This document shows, piece after piece, positions 13,478-25,487 of a stretch of DNA of 64,000 nucleotides (positions are counted from its first letter, which is position 1; every line of letters begins with the position of its first letter). The notes under the pieces were generated by a model. The model ran no database searches and had not been told where the DNA came from. It saw nothing but the letters and a program-made list of their open reading frames with translations. The DNA comes from Podarcis vaucheri (lineage: Eukaryota): the NCBI GenBank assembly GCA_965113315.1, contig OZ220365.1; one strand, 5' to 3'. Position numbers and translations under genes: made by a program.

Positions 13478-14603
13478 CAAAGTACTGGAGTAGGGTCAGA
13501 GAACCTCCGGCCACAGGACAAACTTGGCTTGCTGGGGTTTCAAATGTGGCCCATGAGGCTGCTTCCCCCAAATCACACCCACCTGTCCCACACCTAATGT
13601 TTTATGTGACGTCCGTGCCGACACACAATTAGGAGCCTTAAAATGCAATCCCAGTTGTGTGTTGGCAGGGAAAAGCAGGGCTCTGCTATCAGCTGATGAG
13701 TGGCAGAACTGAAGCCTGCTAGATTGGCTGCACTAGTAAGACCCCTGCGAGGAACTCAGTCGCACAACCAATGATTGCAGAAAGCAGACTTTGGCTGTAC
13801 CAGCCATCAAGCTCATGGGCAACAAAGTTAAACTCAGGCAGTTCCTTGTGGGCTTTGGCTCTACCACCTATCAGCTGATGTGCAATAAAGTAGAAACCTC
13901 AAGGGCTTTAAAGCACTGCACAAGGCTCTTTTCAAGCATTCATGGCGCTTTCAGGTTCTGATTTCAGGGCTTCAATGTGCCGAATCAGCTGAGATCATTG
14001 TGATGCCAGGGGATGGGCAGGTGGGCCAAATTTGGCCCATGAGGATTTGGCCCACAGGGTGGAAACTGTCCCCCCACACACACACACTATAGCAGGATGG
14101 CTTGGAAACAAATATCAAGCTTCAAAAGCAGGAGAAATAAACTGCCTCCAACTGCTTCCAATCCCTGGAATGGGAGATTGCATGAGATGGCAATGCAACA
14201 ACAAAAATAGGCCACAGTTTTGTTAAAGGGCTAGCAACAAAGGACGGTGTCAGTGGGGTCTCTACATTTGTTAAATGCTGATTTTTATTTTTTAAATCAT
14301 TTTGCCCTGGTAAAAGGAAACACCACAAAGCTCCCTGAGGCTGATCTTGACAGGCTGGAAGCATAAACTCTTCATTGTATTCTGATAAGCAGATTGACAA
14401 GCAGAATAATGTGAAATTTGAAATAGCCCTTTCAGAGCTGAATTAGATTTGAAAGAACACCTGCATTCAAACTCAAGAAAAGATTTTTCAACCCGGCTTC
14501 GCTGCTTTGAGCACATCAGATCCCTAAAACAGGTTCAGCCAATTATTAAAATGTACTCAAAGATGAGGATTTATTTTTTTTAAAAGGTCTCAGAAGCAAA
14601 TTA

Positions 14604-14863
14604 CAGGCATACCTCATGTTACGTCCGCTTCATGTTATGTTCTTTCAGGTTACATCCCGCGGCGACCCGGAAGTACCAGAAAGGGTTACTTCCAGGTTTT
14701 GACGCTTGCGCATGCACAGACGCGCAAAATGACATCACACGCATGTGCAGAAGCGGCAAATTGCAGCCCGCGCGTGCGCAGATGCGCCACTGCGGGTTGT
14801 GTTCCCTTCATGTTGTGAACAGGCCTCTGGAATGGATCCCGTTCGCAACCAGAGGTACCACTG
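14604..14863. mobile_element. Tigger-like MITE, CpG-rich subfamily
   Basis: TA|CAGGCATACCTC...GAGGTACCACTG|TA; homologous to 23284 and 42229. Confidence 0.85.
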
Positions 14864-15189
14864 TAGTCCAACACAAACTGAGGCAATCCCTTGGCATTTC
14901 CAAGCAGGTGTAGGATAGATTCCTAGACACTTGTGCAAAAGGGGAGGATCAAAGCAGGAGCAATTGGACAGAATGTCCAATAAATTATGATATGTCAGAA
15001 ACTACCTCTGATAATTATAAAGTGGAATCTGCCTTCATTTATATGAAAGATTAAATTCACCAGGCACTGAAACAATGCTACATAGATGGGATCCATCGTT
15101 ATCATGTTCAAGGCATCTTATACAAGCAATAACGAAATAAATAATGTATAAATCCAAACCGAATCACAGCACTGCCTTAATCCAAGTCA

Positions 15190-15490
15190 ACCAAAAGCTT
15201 TTACCAAGCAAATAGTTTCCCCCAGCCATCTACCAAAATATTAAAACTATTGTCAAGTAAATATGTTTGAGCATTCTGCAATCGGGGCCCCCACAATGAA
15301 TAAAGCCCTGCCCCTGGTAGCCACCTACCTACTGTATGAAGGTGAAGGCACTGAGAGCAGAGCATCCATCAAAGAGCTCAGAGAGGTTCATATGGGGCAA
15401 GACAGTCCTTGAAATTCCTGGATTCCATGCAATCTAGAGTTGGGCAGAGGAATCCACTGGCTGTAGGAAGCCAGTGTAATTTATGTCAAA
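15190..15490 (-). mobile_element. L2-like 3' fragment (degraded)
   Basis: Similar to 10280-10850 and 43600-43790 (gagcattc...ggggccccc...aaagccctg); ends approximate. Confidence 0.5.
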
Positions 15491-15641
15491 GTAAATTGTA
15501 ACTTCCGCTGCGTTGCTATGTCATTGAGTTGGAAGGGTTTTGAAATAGCGGTGGTCTTACTTTGCTTTTCAAAGGAAACCAGAATGTGCTGAAGGATTCC
15601 TCCCCACTTCCACTTTCTCTAACATGTACAGCAAGACAATA

Positions 15642-15882
15642 CAGTGGTACTTGAGTTTAAGAACAGTCTGGTTTAAGAACGATTCAGTTTACAAACTCCA
15701 CAAAACCAGAAATAGTGTCTCAGTTTGAGAACTTTACCTCGGTCTAAGAATGGAATCCGAACAGTGAAAGGGCACTGACGGCAGGAGGCCTCATTAGGGA
15801 AAGTGCACCTCAGTTTAAGAACGGTTTTGGTTTAAGAACGGACTTCTGGAACGGATTAAGTTTGTAAATTGAGGTACCACTG
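15642..15882. mobile_element. Tigger-like MITE
   Basis: TA|CAGTGGTACTTG...GAGGTACCACTG|TA; internal gtttaagaac repeats; 47 nt from the exon 9 donor. Confidence 0.85.
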
Positions 15883-15928
15883 TATCAGTGTTGCCACCAG
15901 TGAAGCTTATATGAGGCTAGAATCTTAC

Positions 15929-15982
15929 CTTTTCTCCTTTCTGTCCCGGCAAACCAGGTACTCCTGGCACACCTGCTTCTCC
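15929..15982 (-). CDS. COL19A1: Collagen XIX alpha-1, exon 9 (54 bp Gly-X-Y)
   Basis: aaacag|GGA GAA GCA...GAA AAG|gtaaga; encodes GEAGVPGVPGLPGQKGEK. Confidence 0.95.
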
Positions 15983-16331
15983 CTGTTTAAAGTAAAGCTT
16001 GAAATGTTTTATTCCAGCATCTTACATTAGAGAAGTAAGCAGTATGAGCAGTGCCTGGATAATAGTCATTCTTGATAATGCTAAAAGAAAAGACAGAGTT
16101 CAGCCCTTTACCATTCAGCCTTGCTCACCTCTAGCTCATCTCTATGGTTACGTTACTGAGAAGAAAATGTAGCACCTTTGTGACCTCAGCAGGTATTACA
16201 ACAACTCTCACTGTTGTCGCAGGCCTTTTGTTTGTTTGTTTTTTGCTCCTTACCTTAAGTGCACTGATTACTGACTGCGCAAGAGTTCTTGGGTGAAGTT
16301 TAGGATTGGTATAATGCAGAGTTGGGGAACC

Positions 16332-16876
16332 TGTAACACTCAGGATGTTACAGAGTAAGCGAAGTTAACTCTTTATTAAAAGAAACAGGATCTGCTCATG
16401 TGCCAGGCCTAATGATAGGTCTTGTCCCTATGAAGCAGTTGTGGAGACTGAAGGTCCCTGCCTTCCCACAGCTGCCTAAGTCTCCTCCTCTCCCGGGTCT
16501 TTCCCAAGCAATCTGAGACTACACCTGCATGGCTGCCTTAGCTGCTCACGCTTCATACCTCTCCTGATCCTGGGAGGCCAGGGAGGAGGGGAACTTGTTG
16601 CAGCAGGAGGGGGAAGCTCCTGGCTTCTGCACCAGCCTGACTCATCTCTGCCTCTTGGCCTTCCTCCTCTCCTGCTTCCGATTGTGGACTTCTCACAGCC
16701 ACAGACTCTTGTCTTCTCACTAAACCCTGTTACACTTCAGCTTCCAACACCTCTTCCTCCCAGACTTCTTCCTCTTACCACTCATTGTTGTCTCACCACA
16801 AGTCCCTGGGCTCTGAGCCTTCTACCCTTGGGGGTTCCCCAGCTGGTGCCTCCTACCATTCCTCTGTGTCCAGACA
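16332..16876 (-). mobile_element. Solo LTR (Gypsy-like) inserted in a hAT MITE remnant (~16316-16960)
   Basis: Minus strand TGTC...TTACA, purine-rich U3, AATAAA at 16372-16377; flanked by gttggggaacc and catctggagggccaaaggctcccc MITE halves. No clean TSD. Confidence 0.65.
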
Positions 16877-17640
16877 GTCCATGGCAACTGCCATGCAAGC
16901 CAGCACTGATGGGAACTGGAGTTCAACAGCATCTGGAGGGCCAAAGGCTCCCCAGCCATGCTGCAATGGCTACTGATGTCACAAAAGCAATTATTCCCTA
17001 ATAAAGGTGGAACTAGTATCACTCCTCGATGCAATTGAACCCGGGGAGTTTCTCCAAGGTGAAATTTCACAAGTTTCCCCAAACACAGTATATTAATTCC
17101 TTTTCTGTCCCCTTTCCGGTAAGACCTCAGTATGCTGAAGAGGATGACATATTTGAGTGTATGGTCACTGATATCTGGGACATTGTTACTATTATATTAT
17201 CTTTCACACCTTTTCTAATATTTCCTAACATTTTGTTGGGATTTTTGTTTTGTATTGCTGTTTATGTCTTGCACGAACACACATACCACTTCTGTGTGGT
17301 CTGCGAGCCATCATTGAAGCCTGAAACATTTCATTTCCCACCCACCCCCACATACCAGCACAAAAATACTGTAAGAATAAGTTGCTGTTTTTTAAAAAAG
17401 GCATTGTATTCTAACTGCATAATGTCTGCTGCAGCTTGACATTTGCTGTGTTCATGAAAATGGCATGCAAATTACATTATTTAAATCAGCAATGTTTTAT
17501 GAAAAGCTGTCACCCATTCCAAACAGGCTAGTTCACGGGTCTGGCTGATAACCTCCTTGTGAGGTGATATGCAGTCTCTCTGTAATGTACCTGCTACTGA
17601 TTCACAAGTGATTCCTCTTGCTGTCTCGAGGTGCCCAGAC

Positions 17641-17795
17641 CATAGCTGTCAACTTTCAGATTTGAAAATAAGGGATCAGCAGCCTCACCTATCCCAGGGA
17701 CAGTCTACGGGATATCTAACAATCCGGGATAGCAGCAGGAAGCAGCGCTGGAGTAAGGGAATTTCCCGCAAAAAAAGGGAAGGTTGACAGCTATG
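17641..17795. mobile_element. hAT MITE, 155 bp
   Basis: Perfect 13-bp TIR CATAGCTGTCAAC/GTTGACAGCTATG; perfect 8-bp TSD GCCCAGAC. Confidence 0.92.
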
Positions 17796-18615
17796 GCCCA
17801 GACCCCTACTAAGATTTCTGCTTCTAAGACCCTGAATCATGGTTTTGAGTGTCCCAGTATTTGTCTCATTCACCTATTAAAGATTGCCACGGCTGGTGCT
17901 TTCTCAGACTCTTATGTCTCTATCTATATCTGTGAATTGAACTCCCATCAGAGCTGTTCTTCCATAGTGGTCCAGCTATATTGACATCCTAGTCCAGTTT
18001 CTATGCGCCACTTAGGAAAGAGCCAAGGACTGCCTCACACTGTGCAGCCTCTCAAACTAGCTATTCCAGGAAACAATCATTCATACCATTTGGAAATTTC
18101 ATCTCTGCAGTATACCTTGGAGTGACATTTATCCAATCAACTTGAAGTAGCTGAAATAACCCTTTATTATTAGTATTTGCTTCCCTTGTAGATTCCTCTA
18201 ATCTCCTGTAATTCTGAACAGTCAGTGTCATTTGTGCTAGGTGTGTGTTTACACTGACAGAATAACCCTCTTGAGGGGTTTTTTATGGTAAAATTTGTTT
18301 CACAGAGGCTATGGATGTGCATTGGTTCTATGTCATCTTTAACACATTACTGCCTCAGCCGTTGCAGAACAACTTTATGGCCCTATCTATTATATAGGAG
18401 CATATAATAGCTGGCCATTGTTGCACCATTGGCATGGTTCCATTAATCTGTGAAGTCTATATTAAAAATAACGTAACTTCCACAAATGTTAAATACTAGC
18501 TAATATACAAGGGACAAAAGGTGAAAGCAAAAAGCAAAAGTTATTAGCCAGCAGCACAAATGTTACAGGTCACAAAAAGCAAAAAATGTTATGTATAAGC
18601 AACTAAGTCCTGTAC

Positions 18616-18741
18616 CTTATTTGAAGAACAAAAGCATTTTTCTTCAGGCTTTTTTTCCATTATTGGAAGTGCATGTATTTCACCAACATGAACAGTTGAT
18701 GGTGATGCTGCAGTAGTTTTCAAGCTTTCTTCCAAAGGGCA
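18616..18741 (-). CDS. COL19A1: Collagen XIX alpha-1, exon 8 (126 bp; NC6 linker)
   Basis: tttcag|TGC CCT...AAT AAG|gtacag; encodes CPLEESLKTTAASPSTVHVGEIHALPIMEKKPEEKCFCSSNK, with CxC just before the triple helix. Confidence 0.92.
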
Positions 18742-19699
18742 CTGAAATAATAAATATATATTATTCCGATTTAAGTCTACATCTACAGTGATCAAAACAT
18801 TTTTTCTATAGTGCCTTTTGCATCTGTAGAGATTACACTCTGTAGGGGAAGGAAGGATTAAATTAACTCCACGTTGATGCAAGCATTATGAAAACAGCAA
18901 CCTGAATTCAAAATCAGGCCGTGAATTATCTATTTTATTTTAATTTTAGAAAACCAATATTAGTGAACCACAGAGCAATTCTATGGAAGTTAAATCTAAA
19001 GCAAGTCACGTGGTGTTCAATGATGCTTACTTCCTAGGGAGGGAGTTTGGCGCTGCAAGTGGAAATCTCATCTACTGTATTGCTTTAGCATGTTTGGATA
19101 TGAAAATTACAGTGTAATTCTATACCTACCTATTCAGGAGCAAGTCCCATTAAGATCAATGGGGCTTAATCCCAGGTAAATGGGAATAGGATTGCAGCCT
19201 GGGCAACCACCCTTTTTGCACACACTTCTAAATGCTATACATATATTTTATTCTTTAACAATGGGGGGGGGGGGAAATGCATCTTACCACTGATCTTATG
19301 TAACACTGCAAACATATACACACTTATCTGAGAGTTAGGCTTACTGAACTCAGTGGGGCTTATTAATTCTGAGTAGGTATGTATATGACTGCAATTACCC
19401 ACATTATCATTCCATTTGTGAGGGCTTGATTTACATGCAAAATTCAATTTAAGCTTTTTCTAAAAAATATCCTTGATGTGGCAAATACAATCACAAAAAT
19501 GTCAAATACATAGCTAAAGGATGTTATAAATGAACTAGCAAAATATTTTGTGCTTTTATGTATAGTGGCTAGCTTGTGGGTCAGACTAATCCACTAGGTT
19601 CTTAGCCATATGAACAGCACAATACTTCTAACTGGGGAAAATAAAAAAATAATAGAAAAAACAGAAAATAACACCTAGCTAGAATGAGAGAGGGAATGA

Positions 19700-19958
19700 G
19701 AGCGCATCCAGACTTTGGCTTGTCATGTTCCTAAAAAGCACAGGTCCCACAGTGGTTTCCCACTGCTTTCTAGGCATGGATCCAAGCAGTTTTGCCCTTG
19801 CCCTGCCCCTTTCCCCCAGAAAACCCACTCTTTGGTGCTAAATTGGAGCAAACATCAATCCAGAGAAAACTTAATTGACCTTTGCTCTGACTTAGAAGTA
19901 AAGATCGGCTTTCCTCCAGGGGAAAGTAGTGGGGCAAGGGCAAGCCTGAATAAGACCT
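19700..19958 (+). mobile_element. Harbinger-like MITE family member (copies near 22596-22860 [-], 60577-60755 [+], 62660-62838 [-])
   Basis: Shared core gctttctaggcatgg.tccaagc..ttttgcc...ttcccccaga.aac.cact...gagcaaac.tcaatc; superfamily assignment is tentative. Confidence 0.6.
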
Positions 19959-20381
19959 AAGGCCCATCATTAAGAATTCTTTGCAGATAGTATTCAGATG
20001 TTTATGTTTATCAAATACTCTACCTAAAAGATATAATGGGCGTCTCCACCTACATCAGCAATTGTACTGATCAAGTTTAATGAGACCCAAACAGAAACCA
20101 TGATATAGGCATGCATCGACAACGGTTGCCCAAAGAAATCTCTCTTGTTTTCAATATTCCTTTTCTGTTTGAATTCTTGTTTCTCAAGTGTTGATCCTTT
20201 CCCATCCCATATTTTTCAGCATGAAAAACTAATCTAGGTCACACTTCCATTTTGAAGAATGGACTAATCTTATGATACCATGAAATTTATTTGCATTTCT
20301 AAATGGAGAAAGAAGGACTGTACCGATCTGTGTGTTTCTGGGGTGGGGGGATAACTTGCATTTTTTATTTTCTTAACTTAC

Positions 20382-20462
20382 CATATTCTCTGATAATTCA
20401 CAGCAAGTCTCCTGAGCAGCAAGACTGGGATTGCAGTATATTATCATGCGGCCAACTTCAAT
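20382..20462 (-). CDS. COL19A1: Collagen XIX alpha-1, exon 7 (81 bp)
   Basis: aaacag|ATT GAA...AAT ATG|gtaagt; encodes IEVGRMIIYCNPSLAAQETCCELSENM; phase 0-0; has the FACIT ETCCE motif. Confidence 0.95.
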
Positions 20463-21187
20463 CTGTTTAGTAAACACAGAGGTGTTTATCAGCTTTATAA
20501 GGTAATCAATCTTGACACATCTGAAACCTCTGTGACCACAATCCAGCACAAAATTAAACCACTTGAACTCATAGAAATGAATGGGATTACGTACGCCAAA
20601 TTCTATTTTGGGTTGTAAACTCAGAAAGCACATTACAGTGTTTCATTTTAAAATACTGTACTTGCATATATTATTTGTGAACACGGGAGCAGCCCACATA
20701 ATCTAATCTGATAATACAAAACACAAGTATATTGAGCCAAACACAGCTCTTATTTATACTGTATAATTTTTTTTAAAGCAATTGCATTTATCTACCACAA
20801 TGAATATTGCAGTTTCCTACAGTCCTTTGGCCAACTTACTTGATATTTTTTTAAGGATATGTTTCAAAACTGGCAGGTATATCTCTCCAAAACATGCTTC
20901 TTTGATTTTTTTCTAGGAGGAGTGCTACCTTTATTTACAAACTCATCCACTCTTAATACTAGTAACAGTATAGTAAAATTATTTAGGACATGGCTTTGTC
21001 CCAGGTGCCTGTCTGTTCCAACACTAATGCATGCAACTGGCCTGGCAATCCTCAGGGAAGAGATGATACTGCTACTTCCCTGTTCCTTTCTAGGGTGGAA
21101 GTATGGATCTCTGCTAGAAGGCAGGGCAGGAACACTTGGTCATTCTGAACCAGGGTCAGCTAAATCAGCTTCTCATAGCCACAGAAA

Positions 21188-21904
21188 TGATGCTGGACGG
21201 AGCACAGGAGGTTCCAGGATTCTTGGCATGGCTGACGTTTGGCAGAACTGAGAGGACAAGACATGTCCCACTGCAGCACAATAAGGTTATGAAATGAAAC
21301 CTTCATATATATTCCTGCCCCCTCAACTGCTCAAAGTAAAGGTTGGAGCGTAAGACTACAGGCTGGACTTGTTTTCCTGACCAGGGAATTGCTTGGGGAT
21401 GGGCCATTATGAAACAAAGACATTAACCCATCAAGAAAGTCATCAACAATGGCAAAAGGCTCTCTGCAGGACACAGAGTGGGGAGACCCCGCCCTGAGCT
21501 CAAAGTAATTAGCAAAGGACATTCCCAGAGTTGGGAGGGGAAAGTTTCCAGGGTGGAGGAGGACATAAGTAAACGGGGGGGGGGGGAGGTGTCCCTTTTG
21601 CAATGGGGGCACAAGGCAGGCAGTCTGATTTATGCTTCAGAGTGGGCCATATATGATGTTTGGGGTCTCTTGGGATTCAAGGCTGCAGCAATGGCAGGAA
21701 GAGGACCCTCTTGGAATGTGAATGTTCTGCACTCTCTCCATCTAGATACAGGTTGTATATATGTATAAAATAAACCATACGTCCTAAAGACACCACAGAC
21801 TCTACTGTGTCTCACTGTCCCAAAAGGCAACACAGACCCTGGGAAGCAGGCCTGCAACCCCTGGAATCTCACACCGCTTATGAAAACTGGGATGATGTGT
21901 AACA
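21188..21904 (+). mobile_element. Solo LTR-like element, same family as 56155-56762
   Basis: Shared 3' region gttgtatat.tgtataaa.taaaccata...caccacag.ctc.actgtgtctca...aatctcacac...tgtaaca; 5' end approximate. Confidence 0.65.
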
Positions 21905-22368
21905 GAATGAACAAATATTTGTTTCCCCCATGTACTGAATCATCTGCACAGCAAGGAGCAGAGAATTCGGTACACTGAGTTCGCTATAAAAATACTGGAA
22001 TATATTTGAACTGCTTTGATCCTCTTACAAAAAAATAGTTGACTAGTGTCTTTTTTCGCAAAAGTTGCACATTACGCAAGAGTGTGCATGCTGCAGAGCA
22101 AAGTCTATGCATGAGAATTGTGAGACATTTATACAGTCTAAAAACAGATGGAAAGGAGTTGGTGGTCATGCACGAACAAAAGAATAGGACTGAGGGAATA
22201 AAGGGAATGTGAAAATAGGTAGTAGTACTCTCTTACTACAGATTTTTAAAAAATGAAATCTTACTTGGAGGTGATTCACAGCTTATATTAAAGTCACTTT
22301 TGCATATTCCTCAGCTGAGGCAATGTAAAATTGAAAATGTGTAATATAAATGCTTTCTACATCCTACA

Positions 22369-23011
22369 GAGCTGGTTCACATGTAACAGTAAGTCACTTT
22401 AAAGCCATGGATTATGTGACTGTCCTACCATCCCTATGTATTTCTCTCTTGCACCTGTGGCACAAACAAGACATAGTATAGTTTGTCATGTCATACAAAC
22501 CCAGATTGTGGTTTGTTTTGTTTCAAATAAACCACGAGCAATAAGCCAGAAACAAACCAATGTTTACTCTTAAGTTTATTTCCGGATCACCACTCTCAGG
22601 CCTCACCAACACTTCCATTTGCCCTGCTGCTTTCCTCCGGGAAAACCTGATCTTTAGCACTGAATCAGAGCAAATGTCAGTTGGGTTTGCTCCAGATTGA
22701 CGTTTGCTCTGATTTAGTGCTAAATAGTGAGTTGTCTGGGGGAAAGCAGCAAGCCGAAGGCAAAATGGCTTGGACCCATGCCTAGAAAGCCCAGGAGAAG
22801 TGGGAAATCGCCCAGACCCACGCTTTCTAGGCATGGGGCAAGAGGAAGTACATGAGCCCTTGGTGTATTTGAAATAAACATACCATGACAGCCTAAACCA
22901 TGGTTTGTTTGTGGCAGGCAAAGCATTCGTGGGGGTGGAGGGAAGCCACCCGAGTAGTGGGAGGCACAGTTCAAAATGAACTACGGCTTAGTGTGACATG
23001 TGAAGCAGCTC
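22369..23011. mobile_element. Hairpin MITE with a nested second MITE (~22596-22860)
   Basis: TIR GAGCTGGTTCACATGT/ACATGTGAAGCAGCTC; the internal block is homologous to 19700-19958 in reverse orientation. Confidence 0.6.
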
Positions 23012-23283
23012 ATTAAATGCTTTCTTTTCATCTCTACACCCCTTTTTTCCTTTTGTGTCCTTTCTATTAGGCCATGTACACACGCCCATTTACTCCACAT
23101 CCAGTGCACTCCCACTGCTGCTTTGGAAAAGCAGTGTACACACCCCATAGCTAACCTGGTTTTTTCCTGTCATATCCCCCCCCCCCGAAATAATGTGTCT
23201 TGGTGCATTTCTCCCCAAACCAGCTTCAATCCAAAGTTAGAAAAAGAATGACTTAGCTGCGTCTTAAGCTAGTAATGTGTATA

Positions 23284-23518
23284 CAGTCATATCTCGGGTT
23301 GAATGTGCTTCCGGTTGAGTGCGCTCCGCAGCAACCCGGAAGTAATGGAGCGCGTTACTTCCAGGTTTTGCCGCTCATGCAAAATGACGTCACGCGCATG
23401 CACAGAAGCGGCAAAATGCGATCCGCGCACGCACAGACGCACCATCGCTTGTTACATTTGCTTCAGGATGCTAACAGAGCTCCAGAACAGGTCCCATTCG
23501 CATCCCGAGGTACCACTG
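23284..23518. mobile_element. Tigger-like MITE, CpG-rich subfamily
   Basis: TA|CAGTCATATCTC...GAGGTACCACTG|TA. Confidence 0.85.
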
Positions 23519-24193
23519 TACAACAATAGACTAAGACCATAAAAAGAACCCTGCTTGATCAGACCAGCATCCCCTTTCTCAGAACGGTCAAAAAAATGCC
23601 TGTGGGAAGCCCACAAGTTGTTCCTAACCAGTTTTCTGGAACGCTTTGAGTTACATGCAGTGCAGTCCATCCCACTGCCAATCCTGCACTGGCAAGAGGA
23701 AAAGCACACTAGAAAAATGATAATGTGCCTATATGGAACCTGATATGTTAAATTATGGCACCTGTTTGACAGTAGCAGGTGGCATGGTGTGGCGGCGATC
23801 TTTATCTGACCTTTCAGCAGGTGAGTCACTGCTGCATACTAGAATGGAGAGAGGAAGGAGTAAATTGGCAAGGAGGACAGCATGGTGCAAATGCACCAAC
23901 AGGAGCACTAGACTGCCTGCACTGTCATGTTCGCACTGCACTGACTTTGCCACCACTTCACGCCTCCCAATAAGGAGCAGTGATTCACCTGCCAGGAGAG
24001 CAGGTAACTATCTCCATCCCACAACCTCATCCGCTACTACTGTTTGATCTCTTAAGAATCAGGTTTCTTATTTCAAAGGGTCTCAGTACATAACCTTAAT
24101 AACTTGCAAAGCTTTTCTTTTGTAGGGATAAATACGTTTTGATCACCCATTTTTATATCACTGAAATATACTTTAACAGTCAACCCAACTTAC

Positions 24194-24469
24194 ATCTACA
24201 GGTTTGCCATCTAAAGAATGGGTAGCAATAAGAATCTTCCCTTGAAAGTCTGTAGTAGTATTCTCATCAATCTCCCTTTGCTCAATTAAGCTGCAGTCAA
24301 CATAGAGAGAAATGATCCTTGATTGCACGCTGATGCCAAGCTTGTGCCATTGCCGATCAAAAACAGGGTGTATTTCCCGACTTCTAAAGGTGTAGTGCAA
24401 TGAGCCCCCCTGGGTGGACTGTGCAATGTACTCTACAAATTTTTTTGTACCGTCAATGGTGATGTAAAC
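24194..24469 (-). CDS. COL19A1: Collagen XIX alpha-1, exon 6 (276 bp; TSPN/LamG core)
   Basis: ttttcag|GTT TAC ATC...GTA GAT|gtaagt; encodes VYITIDGTKKFVEYIAQSTQGGSLHYTFRSREIHPVFDRQWHKLGISVQSRIISLYVDCSLIEQREIDENTTTDFQGKILIATHSLDGKPVD, with the TSPN WHKL and LYVDC motifs. Confidence 0.97.
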
Positions 24470-25118
24470 CTGAAAAAAAGCACAGTCAAATTAGAAGCGG
24501 TCTGAAACAATGGAAATGCAAAACAGCAAAGAACGGACTAAAAGTTCACACCTTATTATATGTTGGTAGGATGCAGAGAATCACAAGTGGAATTCTGTTT
24601 GGCCACTGGGGCTTCCTCATTCCCACTGCACGCACACACACACATACAGCCATTCCTGAGGATCAAGGATTCTCCAGAATGGCACTGGATATAGTGTAGG
24701 AGCGACTGCTGGCAGATACAGGTAAAAATCACTACTCCCCATACGCAGCCGGATGTGCCTTGTACTTGTGCAAGAGACTCTTTGGATCCCACCCTTGGAC
24801 ATTAAAAAAGTCTCCCATGCAACTTCATCATCAAGCATCAGTTCTAAACCCTTTATTGTTTAATTTGCTTTTTGTTTGTTACGTCTCTATTCCATCACAA
24901 CTCAAAAAAGAATTTCAGTTTCACAGCAATCCTGGGTGGCAGCTTACACACTTACCATGCCAGTGCTGTATTACAGAACAGTTACTGATTCTATATAGAG
25001 CCATAACAGCAAAAACATCTTGAGTATACTCTGATCCCAGATAGGAAAATATCTGCTTTTCTACAAAGCTGTATCTATCACCTGACACTTGGGAAGGCAA
25101 AAGACTATTTGTTCTAAC

Positions 25119-25242
25119 CTGTGGCATGTTGTGCTGATCTAAAATTTGCAACAAATACCACCGTTCTCTTTTGCTGTTTCGCCTAACACGGAATGTGGCT
25201 GTTAAGAAATACTCCTCTGGAATCCCATTTGGAAACACTTTC
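25119..25242 (-). CDS. COL19A1: Collagen XIX alpha-1, exon 5 (124 bp; TSPN)
   Basis: catgtag|G AAA GTG TTT CCA...ATG CCA CAG|gttaga; encodes (Q)KVFPNGIPEEYFLTATFRVRRNSKRERWYLLQILDQHNMPQ; phase 2-0; inside ORF 24921..25340. Confidence 0.95.
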
Positions 25243-25258
25243 CTACATGAAGAGACGA

Positions 25259-25266
25259 GGGGGGGG

Positions 25267-25310
<44 letters not shown>
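25259..25310. repeat. G11-(GA)21 microsatellite in the exon 5 polypyrimidine tract
   Basis: Direct read. Confidence 0.98.
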
Positions 25311-25313
<3 letters not shown>

Positions 25314-25487
25314 GACAATTGGGTGAAAAGACGAAAACAAATGTAAGTTAAAATACCAATGATGTCCTCATGGATACTCATGCAACTCTATGGTCTTCAA
25401 GAGACTGTACTGCCTTAAGAGTTGCATTTGCACCAAGCCTATACCTGAATGCATGTTGGCTCCTGTATGGGATTCATCACCCTAAAG

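Noticed and set aside
18262-18284. ATAACCC-TCTTGAGGGGTTTTTT resembles the phage T7 terminator / an intrinsic terminator
   Set aside because: Only a 16-bp match, the central terminator stem is absent, and it is embedded in ordinary lizard intron with no other vector sequence. Treated as coincidence.
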